Positions 13,230-25,250 of a stretch of DNA of 64,000 bases are shown here, one piece after another; position 1 is the stretch's first letter; each line of letters opens with the position of its first letter. A program made the position numbers and the translations under genes. This stretch comes from Cyanophora paradoxa CCMP329 (taxonomy: Eukaryota; Plantae; Glaucophyta). The stretch spans positions 519,163 through 583,162 of the forward strand of contig QPMI01000036.1 of the NCBI GenBank assembly GCA_004431415.1, in the 5' to 3' direction. Under the pieces are notes generated by a model. The model ran no database searches and was not told where the DNA came from. It saw only the letters and a list, made by a program, of their open reading frames with translations.

Positions 13230-13942
13230 ATGTCGGGGGAGACGCGCGGGGCGCTCGGTAACCTCATCAACGTCGCGTACAAGCACAATCCCACGTCAGG
13301 ACCCGCGGATCGCACCTGCAACGGTGACCGCTCCGCCTGCGGATGTCCTGAGCTCCCTGGCACCAGTCCGCTTCCGGAAGCGTTCGCAGAAGGTTCGCGC
13401 GCTCGCAGCGCACATGCGTCATCCGCTTGACACGCATTCCCTCGCGCGCAGACTGCATCCTCTTCGACCTGGAGCTCGAATCGTTTTCCCTGGAATCGAC
13501 CACCGCTGACTGGTCTGAGTGCATGCTGACGCCGCGCAAGCACGGTGCGGGCTCTGCGATGCTCCAGCACGTGCTTATCTCACGCCGCTCGCTCGCTCGC
13601 GCAGGGTCCGGCACCGCCGGAGACCAGAAGGCGCCAGGGGAGGGCGGGCGGTCATCGGCCGCAGGCGCGGGCGCGCTCAAGGCTAGACCGACGCGTGCGG
13701 CGCCGCTGGGAGACCGCGAGCGACAGCTGATGGAGAGCCCGCTGGCGGACGACGACCGCGACTCCGACTGCTCGGACTTGGACCGCTCGGCCGGCGCCTT
13801 CGACTGGGCGCCCTTGGGGCCTGGGCCCCTCGCGCTCGCGCCCCACGGCCACGTCCGCCGCTCGCGCCCGATTCCCATCCCCAGGAACCCGATCCGCCCC
13901 GCCGTTTGGCGCGCGCGCTCCAGTTTTACGCCTTCCGGATGA
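13230..13942 (+). CDS. Hypothetical protein (probably spliced)
   Basis: ATG at 13230 divergent from the SirB1-like gene, GT/AG-bounded segments, and a T-rich 3' UTR after 13942. No recognisable domain. Confidence 0.4.
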
Positions 13943-15444
13943 TCGTTCCCTCCCGCGAGGGTTTTTCTCCCCAAGACTGGGGCCTTTTTTGCCAGTCTGG
14001 TTTCTTTTTCAATGGCCAGGTTCTCGTTGATAGTGATCAAGAGTTGTGTGCCTGGGTTTTCTTTGCTTTCCTTGCGTGTTGCGATTCTGATCGTGATGCT
14101 AGTGACAGATACAGTGTGGCCCGTTTAGTGAGCAGTAACTTATGCAGTTTACTTATGTAGCAACTTCAGTATCGGGGCTTGATGTAGGATTTTTCCCGTC
14201 CGATGGTCGGCACTGTATAGGAGCCTTGACAGTCTATATGATCAGCTGCCTTGACAATCACTCAATCACTTCAATTTTTCGAAAGGCTGGCCAGCGGCCT
14301 CTTCGCCTCATTTGCAAATGTGATTCGACCATCATCTGGCATATTGGCTTGCTTGTTTCAAACTCCATGATTTTGATCATGGCCCGTGGGCCTCCGCCGG
14401 GCCGAAGTGTGGAGTCGAAGCTTTTTCGTTCGACTCGGCAACTTTCGTTCGAATGATCTGCAGCTGTAACCCATATGCATATCTTAACTTGTACTTGAGC
14501 TTAGTCTAGTCGTGTTTGAAAACACGGATCTGAATCCAGTCATCATGCATATGGCATCGTATGATCAATTATCCTAACACTTAAGCTTCACCAAGTACTA
14601 GTCAAGGCTGTACTGGTCAGTACTGGTGGGCCGGTGCCGCAGTGCCCGCCCCTGGCCATGGGGCCCATATGCATATATATGCATGCGGCTCGCACTTAAG
14701 CATGCCGCAGTGCGCATATGGCACTCAGTGACTGCAGCACCGTGGCACTGCAGCCCCTGGGATCATCATGCATGCGCAAATGGCACCATGGCACTGCGGC
14801 ATGATCCGATGACCATGATCCCGAGTCCCATGGCCAGGATCGATATCGGCTTAAATTTAAAAGCTTGGAACTTCGGAATCCCACTGGCCACGCCTTCAAC
14901 AGCAGACCCCCGGGCCCGCTCCCCCGGCCCGGCGTCCCCGAGAACCGGTACTACGGTACGACGGTACCGGTATGTAGAGATTTCCACAGGTATGAATAGA
15001 ATCGAAGTATCTAGATCTAAGCTAACAGCTATATGGTAGATCGGTTCATGTGAAGGTAAACAAGCAGCCGGACGACTAACGGCTGGCGGACTCGGGAACG
15101 AGACAACACTGTTTGCAAGCAGCCGAAACACTACGGCTAGCTATAGCCATCTGATCATACTCTGCAGTTGAAAACATGCAAAAGAAACACAAGCATATGC
15201 AGTTGAAACGCCATTGAGATCGCGGAAATTGAAAGGAAGACTGCGCTGTGTACGTGAAACGCTGTACACATGAAAGCCCGAGGCTCACAGAACATATAGA
15301 ACTGCACATCGATATCTAGTGATTCAGTACCCGCCGGAGCTGAAGCTGCTGTACGCGAAAGAAACGAGAACTACTGTGCGAAAAGACAAGTCTGCTGCTG
15401 CGAAAACTGATGTGAAGGGAGGGTTGGGGCGGGGGCCGGCCGCC

Positions 15445-18400
15445 TCACTCCGCCGAGGCGGCGGGCGCATTCGCAACCGACTCCGAGCGGGGCTGGAGGG
15501 GGCCCACGGCCGAGCGCGAGGCCGGGGCGGGACCGCCGCCCTTGGAGGAGGCCGCGGCGGGTGCGGCGGGTGCGGCCGGCCCGGCGTTCTCCTTGTCGAG
15601 CGAGGGTCCGAGCGGCTGTCGGCGGGGCGGCGGGCGCCCGCGCTTCGATGGCGCCGGCGCGGCGGCGGAGTCCCCGGCCTTGCGCTTCATGGGCACGTCC
15701 TTGAGCCCCTTGAGTGCACCGGTGACGGCGGCGTTGGTAGCGGCGCGCTTGTTGACGGTTGCAAGCCGTTCGTTGGCTTCGGCCTTGGCGATGGCGGCGG
15801 CGGAGTCCTGCTCGTTGGCTGCGGCGGCGGCGGCAGCGGCGGCGGCCTTGGCAGCAGCGGTGGCGGAGGCCCGCTCGGCGGCGGCGGCCGCAGCGGCGGC
15901 GGCGGCGCTCTGCTCGGAGGCGATGGCCTTGCCCTCCTCGTCCACGGCGGCGAGCCTCCCCGCCAGGGCCTCCCGCAGCGCGCCCACTTCCTCCTCCGCC
16001 TCGGCGACGCGGGCCTGCAGCAGCGCGGCCCTCTCCTGCGGGGCGGTCACGGGCCGTGGCGAGGGGGCCGGGCGCCGCCCCGCCCGCCCGCACCTTCTCG
16101 GCGGCGCCGGCCGCCTCGAGCTTGGCGAGCTCCTGCTTCTTGCTCTCGAGGGTGGAGCAGGCGGCGAGGATGACGGCCTCCAGCCCGAGGTCCGCCGCGG
16201 CACCGTCGCCGCCGACGCTGGCGGCCAGCTCCCCCATCAGGCCGCGCAGGCGCCCCATCAGGTGGTCGAAGCGAGCAACGCTGTCGCCCTGCGGGACCCG
16301 TGAGGCGCGCGTCAAGCCCGCGGCCTGCGCGCCGGCGGCAGCGCACCGCCGAGCTCGAGCTCGACGGGGCCGCGCCCGCGTCGCCGCCGGTCGCGCTTGC
16401 GCCGGGCTGCTGCTTCTCGATAAGCTCTGAGATCTACCGCGCGAGGCCGCGTGGGCGGAGGAAACGGCGGGCGGGGAGAGGCGGCGCGCGGCGCACCGCC
16501 AGGAGGTAGCTGATGGACTGCCGCTCGAGCTGGTCGATGCGAGCGCTGGCGACCTGGTCGGACTGGACTTGCTGCTCCTGCGCGCCACGTCATGCGCGAA
16601 AAAGGCGCCGCGGCGGCTCCCGGGGCTCACCTCGAGCTCCTTGACGCGAGCGCTGAGGACCCCGATCTCCTCCTGCAGAGGCGGAGGCGTCGAACGCAAC
16701 CTCGAAGGGCACGGGGCGGGCCGCGGCATACCCGCAGAGAGGCGGCAGCCTCGGCCTCGGCGGTCGCTCGCGCGAGCTGCTCCCCCACGTGAGCAAAGCA
16801 CTAAAGGCTGCTGCGCGAGGCGCCTGGCCACGCACCTCGGCTTCGAGAGCGGTGAGCTTGGCTCCGAGAGGGCGTGTCAACGTCTGAAACGGTTCCGCCG
16901 CACGCGCGCCCCCGTACCGTGTGTGCCTGCTGCAGAGCCGAGACCTGCGGAGGGGAGCCGTCAGCAGCGTCCGGAGCCGGGCCGCCGGCGCGAGCGGGCG
17001 GACCTGGGCGACGAGAGCGGGGCGGCGCGGGCCGGCGCAAGCGTCCGTGGGCGGCGAGACGGCGGGGAGCCCGAGGCGCTGAATCTCTTCCATCTGTGCG
17101 CCGCGCGGGGCCGCGTGGGCGGGCGGAGGGGGCGCGGCGGCCCGCCGGCGGGGCGCGGCGGGGCGGCGCGCACGGTGACGCGGTGCGCGTCGAGCTCGCC
17201 GTCGGCGGTCGTGAGCTCGGCCTGAAGCCCGGCGATCTTCTCGTTGGCGGTTTTGAGCTCCTCCACCCCGGCCTCGAGCTGGGCGATGCGGGCATTGGAC
17301 TCGGCGACACCGGCCACCTGGCCGTCACGCTCGCGCTTGAAGTCGTCGCGCTCGCGCTGCGGCGCCGTCAGACGCCCACGTGAGTGCAGAGCCGCGGCGG
17401 GGCGGGAACCGCACCTCGGCCTCCGCGAGGCGAGCGGCGAGGTCCCCCTTCTCCCTCTGCAAAAGTCGAGGCGTGAGAGGGCGCGGACGCGGTGGGGCGG
17501 ACCGCAGACCTCGAGCTCGGCCACGCGGGCCGCCGGGGCGCCAGCTGCAGCGGCCGGCTGGGCGGAAGGGTGAGGCGCGAGAGAGCTAGCGCGGATCCGG
17601 AGAGGGCGGCGGCCTCACCCCCTCCGCCTCCGCCTCTGCGGGCTGGACCGACGCGGCGGGCGCGCTGGGTGCCGGCGACTGGGGTGCGGAGAGGGTCGCC
17701 GGGGCGCGGGGGCCGTTGTCCTCGGGCGTGCGCGGCTGGGGCGCGACGGGCGAAGCGGAGGAGCCACCGGAGGAGCCGGGGCCGCGGAAGGGGGTCCCGG
17801 GGAGGCCGCCCGCCGAGCTGCCCGCAGCCGCCGCAGCCCCGGCAGCCGCCTGTGCGCGGCATGATGCCGCGTGGGCGGCGGCCCGCTGCCCCGCGCGGCG
17901 GGGCGGCGCGCACGGTAACGCGGTACGCGACGAGGTCGGCCTTGGCGGTCTTGAGCTCGGCCTCGAGCTCGTTGATCTTGTCGTTGGCGGTTGTGAGCTG
18001 GGCCGACTTGATGCTTCCGATCTTAAGCGCGCGCTTGCGCTTGAGCTCGTCGCGCTCGCGCTGCGGCGCGGTCAGGCGCTCGCACGGGCGGGGGCGGGGG
18101 CCGCGGCGGGGCGGAAACCGCACCTCGACCTTCACGAGGCGATCGGCGAGGTCCACGTTCTCCTTCTGCAGAAGGCGGGGCGTCAGCCGGCGCGGAAGCG
18201 ACGGGGCGGACCGCGGACCTCGAGCTGGGTCACGCGGGCCGACAGGGCGCCGGCTGCAGCGGCCGGCTGGGCGGAAGGGTGAGGCGCGAGAGCTAGCGCG
18301 GATCAGAGGAGGGTGGCGGCCGCACCACCTCCGCCTCCGCCTCCGCGGGCTGGACCGACGCGGCGGGCGCGCTGGATGCCGGCGACTGGGGTGCGGAGAG

Positions 18401-19340
18401 GGTCGCCGGGGCGCGGGGACCGTCGCCCTCGGAGGTGCGCGGCTGGGGCGCGGCGGGCGAAGCGGAGGAGCCGCCGGAGGAGCCGGCGCCCGAGCTGCCC
18501 GCAGCCGCCGCAGCCCCGGCAGCCGCCATGTTGTCCACGGACGACGAGGCGGCGGGGAGCCCGGGCGGCGAGGCGGCGGGGAGCTCGAGGAGGCGAACGT
18601 TGTCGCGCTCGCGCTGCGGTGCCGTCAGGCGCGTGCGCAGCCGCGTACTCAAAGGGGCGGCGGCGAGGTCGGAAGCACACCTCGAACTCCGCGACGCGCT
18701 TGCAAAGGGTCCCCTTCTCGCTCTGAGGAAAGCGGGCGCTTGAGGCGTGGCCGCTGCGCGCGGGCCGGAGGCCGCGGCGGGGTGGGTACCGCACCTCGAG
18801 CTCCGCGACGCGCATGTCGAGCGCCACCTTCTCGCTCTGCGGGAGCGGGGGCGTCAGGCGCGGCCGCAGCGCAGCGCGGGCCGGGGCTCGTGGCAGAGCC
18901 GGGCGTACCTGGAACTGAGCCTGGCGCTCGCGCAAGGTCCCGCAAACCTCCTGCGGAAACCGTGGAGTCAGGCGCGGCCGCTATCGCGCAGAGGAGAGCG
19001 CCGCCGCGGGGCACACATGGAGCTCCGCCAGCTGCTTGTCGCGGATCCGGATGACTTCCTGCGGGAGCGGCCGGGGGTGAGGTTCGACCGTGAAGCCGCG
19101 ACCGGCGGCGCAGCGGACCTTGGGGTCGGGAAGCCGGCCGGCGCCGGGACGGGCGGAGCCGGTTGAGCTGGAGCTTGGATAGACTTGCAGGGCTTGGACC
19201 GCGGCCTGATATCGAGGTCTCAAGCTGGCGATACTGAGGGGGCGGCAAGACACGAACCGCCACAGGAGGGTGGCCTCCGATCGCTGTGGCTATGGGAGGC
19301 GAGCTGGCCGCGGGCACGACAGTGCTGGGCAGCTGCAAGG
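15445..19340 (-). CDS. Repetitive coiled-coil protein (multi-exon, internally duplicated exon-intron modules)
   Basis: Heptad exons (QRERDDFKRERD..RIAQLEAGVEELKTANEKIAGLQAEL; QRERDELKRK..KINELEAELKTAK) and an Ala-rich C-terminus with KRK and DKEN motifs. The start is uncertain. Confidence 0.55.
17343..18530. repeat. Near-tandem ~705-bp duplication inside the coiled-coil gene
   Basis: The block starting tcgtcgcgctcgcgctgcggcgc at ~17343 recurs at ~18048 with long shared stretches, including introns; a partial third start at ~18603. Confidence 0.8.
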
Positions 19341-19559
19341 CGTGCTGCTGCGCCAGGGCGTGCTGCCCCGCCGGGGACCCAGCCTGCCTCTGATGTCAAC
19401 GTCTGGATTCAGCACACTCTAAGCGGCGCACCGGTTTGCCAGTGCAATACACGGAGACGATTCGCCTCACGTCAAGGGCGCAAATCACATTGAAGCTCTG
19501 CAAGGAGTGAGGAAGTAGAGGGCACGGAGGCGTGACCGTCGGACTTACAAGGGAAGCTG

Positions 19560-21400
19560 TCAGGCACTCGACTGGGGCGCAGTTGCTGCGGTCGATCGTG
19601 TGAATCGAGTTTCCGACTCCCGCAAAGTTTGTATCCCTGAGACGCCTGTGCACGGGCATGAAGCGTACTGACGACTCGCCCCCGAACGTGAAAATGAGGC
19701 CGCCACCTCGCTGAAGGAAAGGATCAAGGAGTTCGCGAGAAATGAAAAATGAAATAGGAGGCTTACCGGGGGGAGATACAGGGACGTGATGTTCTTTCCG
19801 GGCCCTTTCAAGTTGGCGGCTGTGAGGATGTGAGTCTCCGGTTTCGTGCGTGCCACTCCCTTCTCCGAGTAGTAAAGCTTGAGCCGGCGGTCTGCCAGCG
19901 CGATGGCGACAAGGGCGTCACTCTGGAGGAGAGTCAGAGTGTGGGTGGTATGGGGATCATGGTCATCGCTTGGGAAGGTGAACTCGCGATTGCGAAATCG
20001 TTGACCGAGACGCCCTGACAGACGACTTCTTTCTTGTCTTCGTCCACGAGCACAACTGTGTCCTCAGACTCGTAGGCGAAGCGATAGTGTCCCTAAACAA
20101 TTGACTTGAACATCAATGATGAAACAGATGAAGGAAACAAGAAAGAAAGAAAAAAAGAACCTTCTCGCCTCCGGAGCCCTGCATCATGACGAGCTTCTTG
20201 GCATTCAGAGCGTCGGATGCGAATTCGGAGGGCAACGTCGACAGTTGCCGTACGTCCTCGTGAACAGCCTTGGGCTCAATGCGGTACTTGTTCTCTTTTT
20301 TATCTAACTTGATTATGAGGGAGAATTCATGGCCGCTGCCGGTCCAGATTCTGACTTCGTTGTGGTCGATGGACCTGCATGCATGGCATGATCATATGGG
20401 CAAGCGAGAACCACGTCTCGCGGCGCCTGGGCAAACCAAAGCGTCTTGATGTTGACGAACTCGCGAGAGAGCTCATAAGTGGTCATTATCATGGCCATGG
20501 CGCCTTCAAAGGGAACGAAGTAGACGGTGTTTTCTGTCCAACAGACAAAGTAATGCATTTTCTGCCCGGAGGTCGTCAAGAAGCAAGAACCGTTCTAAGC
20601 AAAACCCGTATACGTAGCGTACATTCGTGAAGCACGTGCCCCGCACATCTCCACGAATCGGCAGACACTGTTCGAAATCAGCAGGCGCACCGCCGTCGTG
20701 GCAATTCCAGGTCTCAGCGGTCCCAGTCTGAGGAAGGCTAGCATGATTCCACATCACTGTCAGCCGCCGAGAGGCGTGGACGAAGCCGCCTGCAGAACAA
20801 CAACAGATCAAATCAGCACGAAAAAGGCAGCATTGACCTCTTGGAGCGACGAAAGTTAAAGGAGATGCTCCGGAGTGCGTGTGGCACGCACAGACGCGCA
20901 GAGCAGCGCTCTTGCGATCAAAAACGTCTTCGAAGATCTGCGGTGCTTCAAAGACCAAGAACTGCGCGACTATTCGCAATAAAAATAACGACGGAGGCCG
21001 TTCTTCTCGCGTACGCACCGTCGCTTCGATTCCGCGCTTCCCAGAGTCTCCTCGAGCGCGTTCCTCACACCCGCTTCCTCGAGCGCGAGCGCAGGCACTG
21101 CGAATCCGGCGATCGCCTGCTTCCTCCGGCAGCTGCAGGCACTGCGACTCCGCTGGTCGCCTGCTTGTGCCGCCGATCAGCCGGTCGAAGTCTACCCCTG
21201 GGTGCAGCGGGGGGGGGGGGGGTGAGCGCTGGTAGGCGCGAGCGCCCGGATCGTACATTCGCTGGTAGACGCCGCGGATGCGGCGGATCGGAGCGCTGCG
21301 GATGTGCGCCGTGCCGCGCCGCGCTGCGATGGCGGCACTGAACGGCGTCGTGGCAACAAGCACTTTCGGCGAACCAGGTATGTGAAGCTTCCGATCTTGC
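19560..21400 (-). pseudogene. Degenerate coding relic of unknown family (lower GC)
   Basis: Protein-like fragments in shifting frames with in-frame stops (RGTCFTNVRYVYGFCLERF; YFVCWTENTVYFVPFEG; GHYRFAYESEDTVVLVDED). Confidence 0.3.
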
Positions 21401-22236
21401 AATTGCAGGCGTTTTAATTGACGATTAATATTGACGAGCGGTGCACGTGCGCGCGCTGGGAAGGGGTCTCTGGGAAGGGGTTCGACTCGGTCCAGTGAAC
21501 CAGGTATATACGTAGCTTGCCATGCGCTGATGCTGATGCTAGCGCGCGCAGCTTCGATCGAGTTGAGTGGAATCCGATTCTGGTGTGCAAGCGCTTTTTT
21601 CCATTAGTGCAATGGTTAGCCATACTATGCTATATGTTAGAAGCAATGGTGTTCAGGGTTTACGGGGAGGGGGTTTAGGGACCTTCACCGACTCTGTCCA
21701 GTGAAATGCACATCATGGCATAGCATGCGATCGCGATGCACGCACTTGATTGGCAGTGATGCTGATACTGATAGCTGATTCTTAGATGCAGCACGATCAT
21801 GAGTCCAATTTTCATTAAATAAATATTCGTATACATATCATCATGGCATATGCATGTGCTATAGGATCTCTGATATATGTGAGAGGCTGCAGCTGTGCAT
21901 GCGCATGGGATCCGGAGGGCCCGGGGGGATATGGGCCGCCGAGCCGATCTGATGTACACTGTGACATGTACATGTTCGAATTCATTCAGAGCTCGATCGC
22001 GATCGCGAGCTCGAGATGCCATGATCATGACCCATAAATAAATGATCCCCATATGCATCCCATCCTCCGGCCGCGGCGCCCACTGGGCCAGTCACTGAGT
22101 GCTCATCAGTTGAACACGAATAGTCACTGAGTTCCAATTGCAATAAAAATCATGTCACTCCAAAATTAAATGTCACGACAGGTCAATGTCACGACAGGTT
22201 CTGATCATGAGGCTCCAAAAAAGGACTAAAATGAAA

Positions 22237-23348
22237 ACCGGCCTGTTCGAGCCACCCTCCAAAGAAGGGACCCCCAGCGGCCGAAAAGCTTCATAAAAAT
22301 TATTATGCATGCATGCTGTGGGCAAAGTATGCTCGTCAGCTCCTGCCGGGCGAGACAAGCCCGGAGGGCGGCCTTCACACGTGGAAATCTGACTTGCACT
22401 GCATGCGTGCAGGCTGTGGGCATGCGGGAAACCGGCCTGTTCGAGCCACCCTCAAAAGAAGGGACCCCCAGCGGCCGAGAACATGCATGCATGCTGTGGG
22501 CAAAGTATGCTCGTCAGCTCCTGCCGCGCAAGGCCAGCCGGGAAGGCGGCCTCACGTGCGGAAATCTGACTTGCACTGCATGCGTGCAGGCTGTGGGCAT
22601 GCGGGAAACCGGCCTGTTCGAGTCACCCTCAAAAGAAGGGACCCCCAGCGGCCGAGAACATGCATGCATGCTGTGGGCAAAGTATGCTCGTCAGCTCCTG
22701 CCGCGCAAGGCCAGCCGAGAAGGCGGCCTCACGTGCGGAAATCTGACTTGCACTGCATGCGTGCAGGCTGTGGGCATGCGGGAAACCGGCCTGTTCGAGC
22801 CACCCTCCAAAGAAGGGACCCCCAGCGGCCGAAAAGCTTCAATTAAAATTATGATAGGCTCCAAGGCTCCAAAAAAAGACTGAAATGAAAATCGGCCTGT
22901 TCGAGCCACCCTCCAAAGAAGGGACCCCCAGCGGCCGAAAAGCTTCAATTAAAATTATGATAGGCTCCAAGGCTCCAAAAAAAGACTGAAATGAAAATCG
23001 GCCTGTTCGAGCCACCCTCCAAAGAAGGGACCCCCAGCGGCCGAAAAGCTTCAATTAAAATTATGATAGGCTCCAAGGCTCCAAAAAAAGACTGAAATGA
23101 AAATCGGCCTGTTCGAGCCACCCTCCAAAGAAGGGACCCCCAGCGGCCGAAAAGCTTCAATTAAAATTATGATAGGCTCCAAGGCTCCAAAAAAAGACTG
23201 AAATGAAAATCGGCCTGTTCGAGCCACCCTCCAAAGAAGGGACCCCCAGCGGCCGAAAAGCTTCAATGATGGGCGCCCCAAAGAAAGTTGAAAATGAAAA
23301 CCGGCCTGTTCGAGCCACACTTCGAAAAGGGGGCGCCCAGCGGCCGAA
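22237..23348. repeat. Composite tandem satellite: 177-bp and 106-bp units sharing one ~50-bp core
   Basis: Core a(c/t)cggcctgttcgagccaccctccaaagaagggacccccagcggccga starts at 22237, 22431, 22608, 22785, 22891, 22997, 23103, 23209 and 23300 (periods 194, 177, 177, 106, 106, 106, 106, 91). Confidence 0.93.
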
Positions 23349-23563
23349 CACACCTCGTCCTCATCCCCGTCCTGGAAGGCACTTCAGGCAGAGCGGCAAG
23401 GCGGCGGGACGGCGAGGCGGACAACAGGAGGAGAGAAAGCGCCGTACCTCAGAGACGCAGCCATCCTCGTCCTCTCCAAGGATTGTGATCTGTGCTCGAA
23501 AACCGTGAAGTAGTCACACGCGCGCGCGCAAGTGGGGGCTTCCTGGTTCCCGGGGGAGCAGCT

Positions 23564-24805
23564 TCACCCGCCCCGCGCCATCATCAGGGCCGCGGCGATG
23601 CACGCGAGCTGCTCCGCCAGCTTGCCCCCGCCGAAGACGAAGCCCCTCGCCTCGGCCGCCTCCCGCGAGGCCGGCTTCGGGAGCTTCTTGGGGCTCGTCC
23701 GGCGCCAGGACAGAGGCGCGTTGCTCTGTCCCGGGGACATCAGGCCGTAGAGGACGATCTTCTCCTCCTCCGCCGCCACCGGAGCCGGAGCCGCCGCAGT
23801 CGCCGCCTCCTCCACAGACGACGCTTCCGCCGGAGCCGCTGACGTCTCCTCCGCCACGACAGGAGCAGGAGCCGGGGTCGCCGCCTCCTCCGCCGAGACA
23901 GACGCCGGAGCCCGAGACGAGACCACCGAGGTCTTCTCGCAGGTCTTCTCGAACGCCGTCCTCAAGCTGGCGACGCGCGTCATTGCCGTCTTCTCCCCAT
24001 TCTTCTCCTCCGTGACGGCGACGACAACGGCAACGGCGGGCTCCGCCTCGGCGTCCTTGGTCTGCCACATCACGGTCTTCTCGGCCGCCGACATGGTCCC
24101 GAGGGCCTGCGGGAGCGAACGGGCACGGATCAGCGGCTACGCAAAGGAAGGAGCGCGCGTGCGCGAGGCCACGAACCTTCACGTCGGTGGTGCGGAAGGG
24201 GCAGACCTCGAACGCAGTCTCGGTGGCAGTCGCCTCGCTCGCCGGCGTAGACAAAGCCGTGTAGAACGAGTCGTTGGAGCGCGCCGCGTGGAACGGAGCC
24301 AGCTCCGTCGCCCGGTACAGGTCGTCGAGGTCAACCGAAGGAGTGAAGTGCGTCGGGGTCTCCTCCGAGCAGTCCGAGCACATGTCCTCCTGAGAGGAAG
24401 CCCGCGTCAGCGCGGAGCGCGCGGGCGCCAGCGAGGCGCGGCGCGGCGCAGCGGCGCAACGGACCTCGTACGCCGTCTCTGCATCCTCGAAGCTCTCCGC
24501 GCCCTCAAAGCTCTCGGACGAATCCTGCGAACGAGGCGGCAGGCCGGCGTCAGCGCATACAGAGGGGAAAGAGAAACGACGAAAGCAAACCTGGCTCTCG
24601 AGGGTGGGGACAGAGGATGCGGAGTCTTCAAGAGACGGCACCTCGACGACGGGCTTGCGCGCCTCCTCCGACGAGACGACGGCGACGGCTACGATCGACG
24701 AGGCCTTCGACAGGGCGATCGGCCGGCGGGGCATCGGCAGCGGCGCCGCGCTGGCGGCAGCGGCGCGCTGGACCCAAAGCTGAAGCACATTCTGGAACGA
24801 CGACA
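23564..24805 (-). CDS. Low-complexity Ser/Glu/Ala-rich hypothetical protein (multi-exon)
   Basis: MSSFQNVLQLWVQRAAA.. continues through GT-AG-bounded exons with host-like codon bias. No domain recognised. Confidence 0.5.
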
Positions 24806-25250
24806 TGTTGCAGGGTGTCTGGAGCAGGTGGTAGCTGTAAGATCGCTTTCGTAACTCGGTAAAGAGTGAGGCTCGTGCGGGCTGCAGCTGCTGTGCTGGG
24901 GCGCTCCAAGCTCGAAGGAGCCGCGGGCTATTTCTGGCGCATACGTCATGTCGATTTCGCTTAGCGCTCGCGCGCGAGCGCAAACGAGAGCCGATCGTTA
25001 CGAGTGAAGGGGCCTCCGCATGCTAGCCTTTTTTTTTGCGGTTGGTGCGTACCCCCCAACTTCCTCTTCCCCACTAAAAAAAGACACTCTTCCCCCCCAC
25101 TCGGCCCCAAGCCGCACACGCTCGAGCTCAGCCCTGTTTCGAGCCGTCGGAAGAGCGCCGCTGGAATCGGTCTAGACAAGGCTGCGAGTTCCCCGCAGCG
25201 CCTGGCTCGGGATCAGGCAGCCCAGGGAACTTGCCTTCCACGTTCCAAAC

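Noticed and set aside
3794-19054. Numerous long Arg/Pro/Gly/Ala-rich ORFs (e.g. 3900-6122, 7126-8733, 17492-19054)
   Set aside because: GC-driven open frames running through introns or antisense to real spliced genes.
22237-23348. CRISPR-like repeat-spacer array or coding repeat
   Set aside because: Linkers are themselves repeated, and the short ORFs simply mirror the repeat period.
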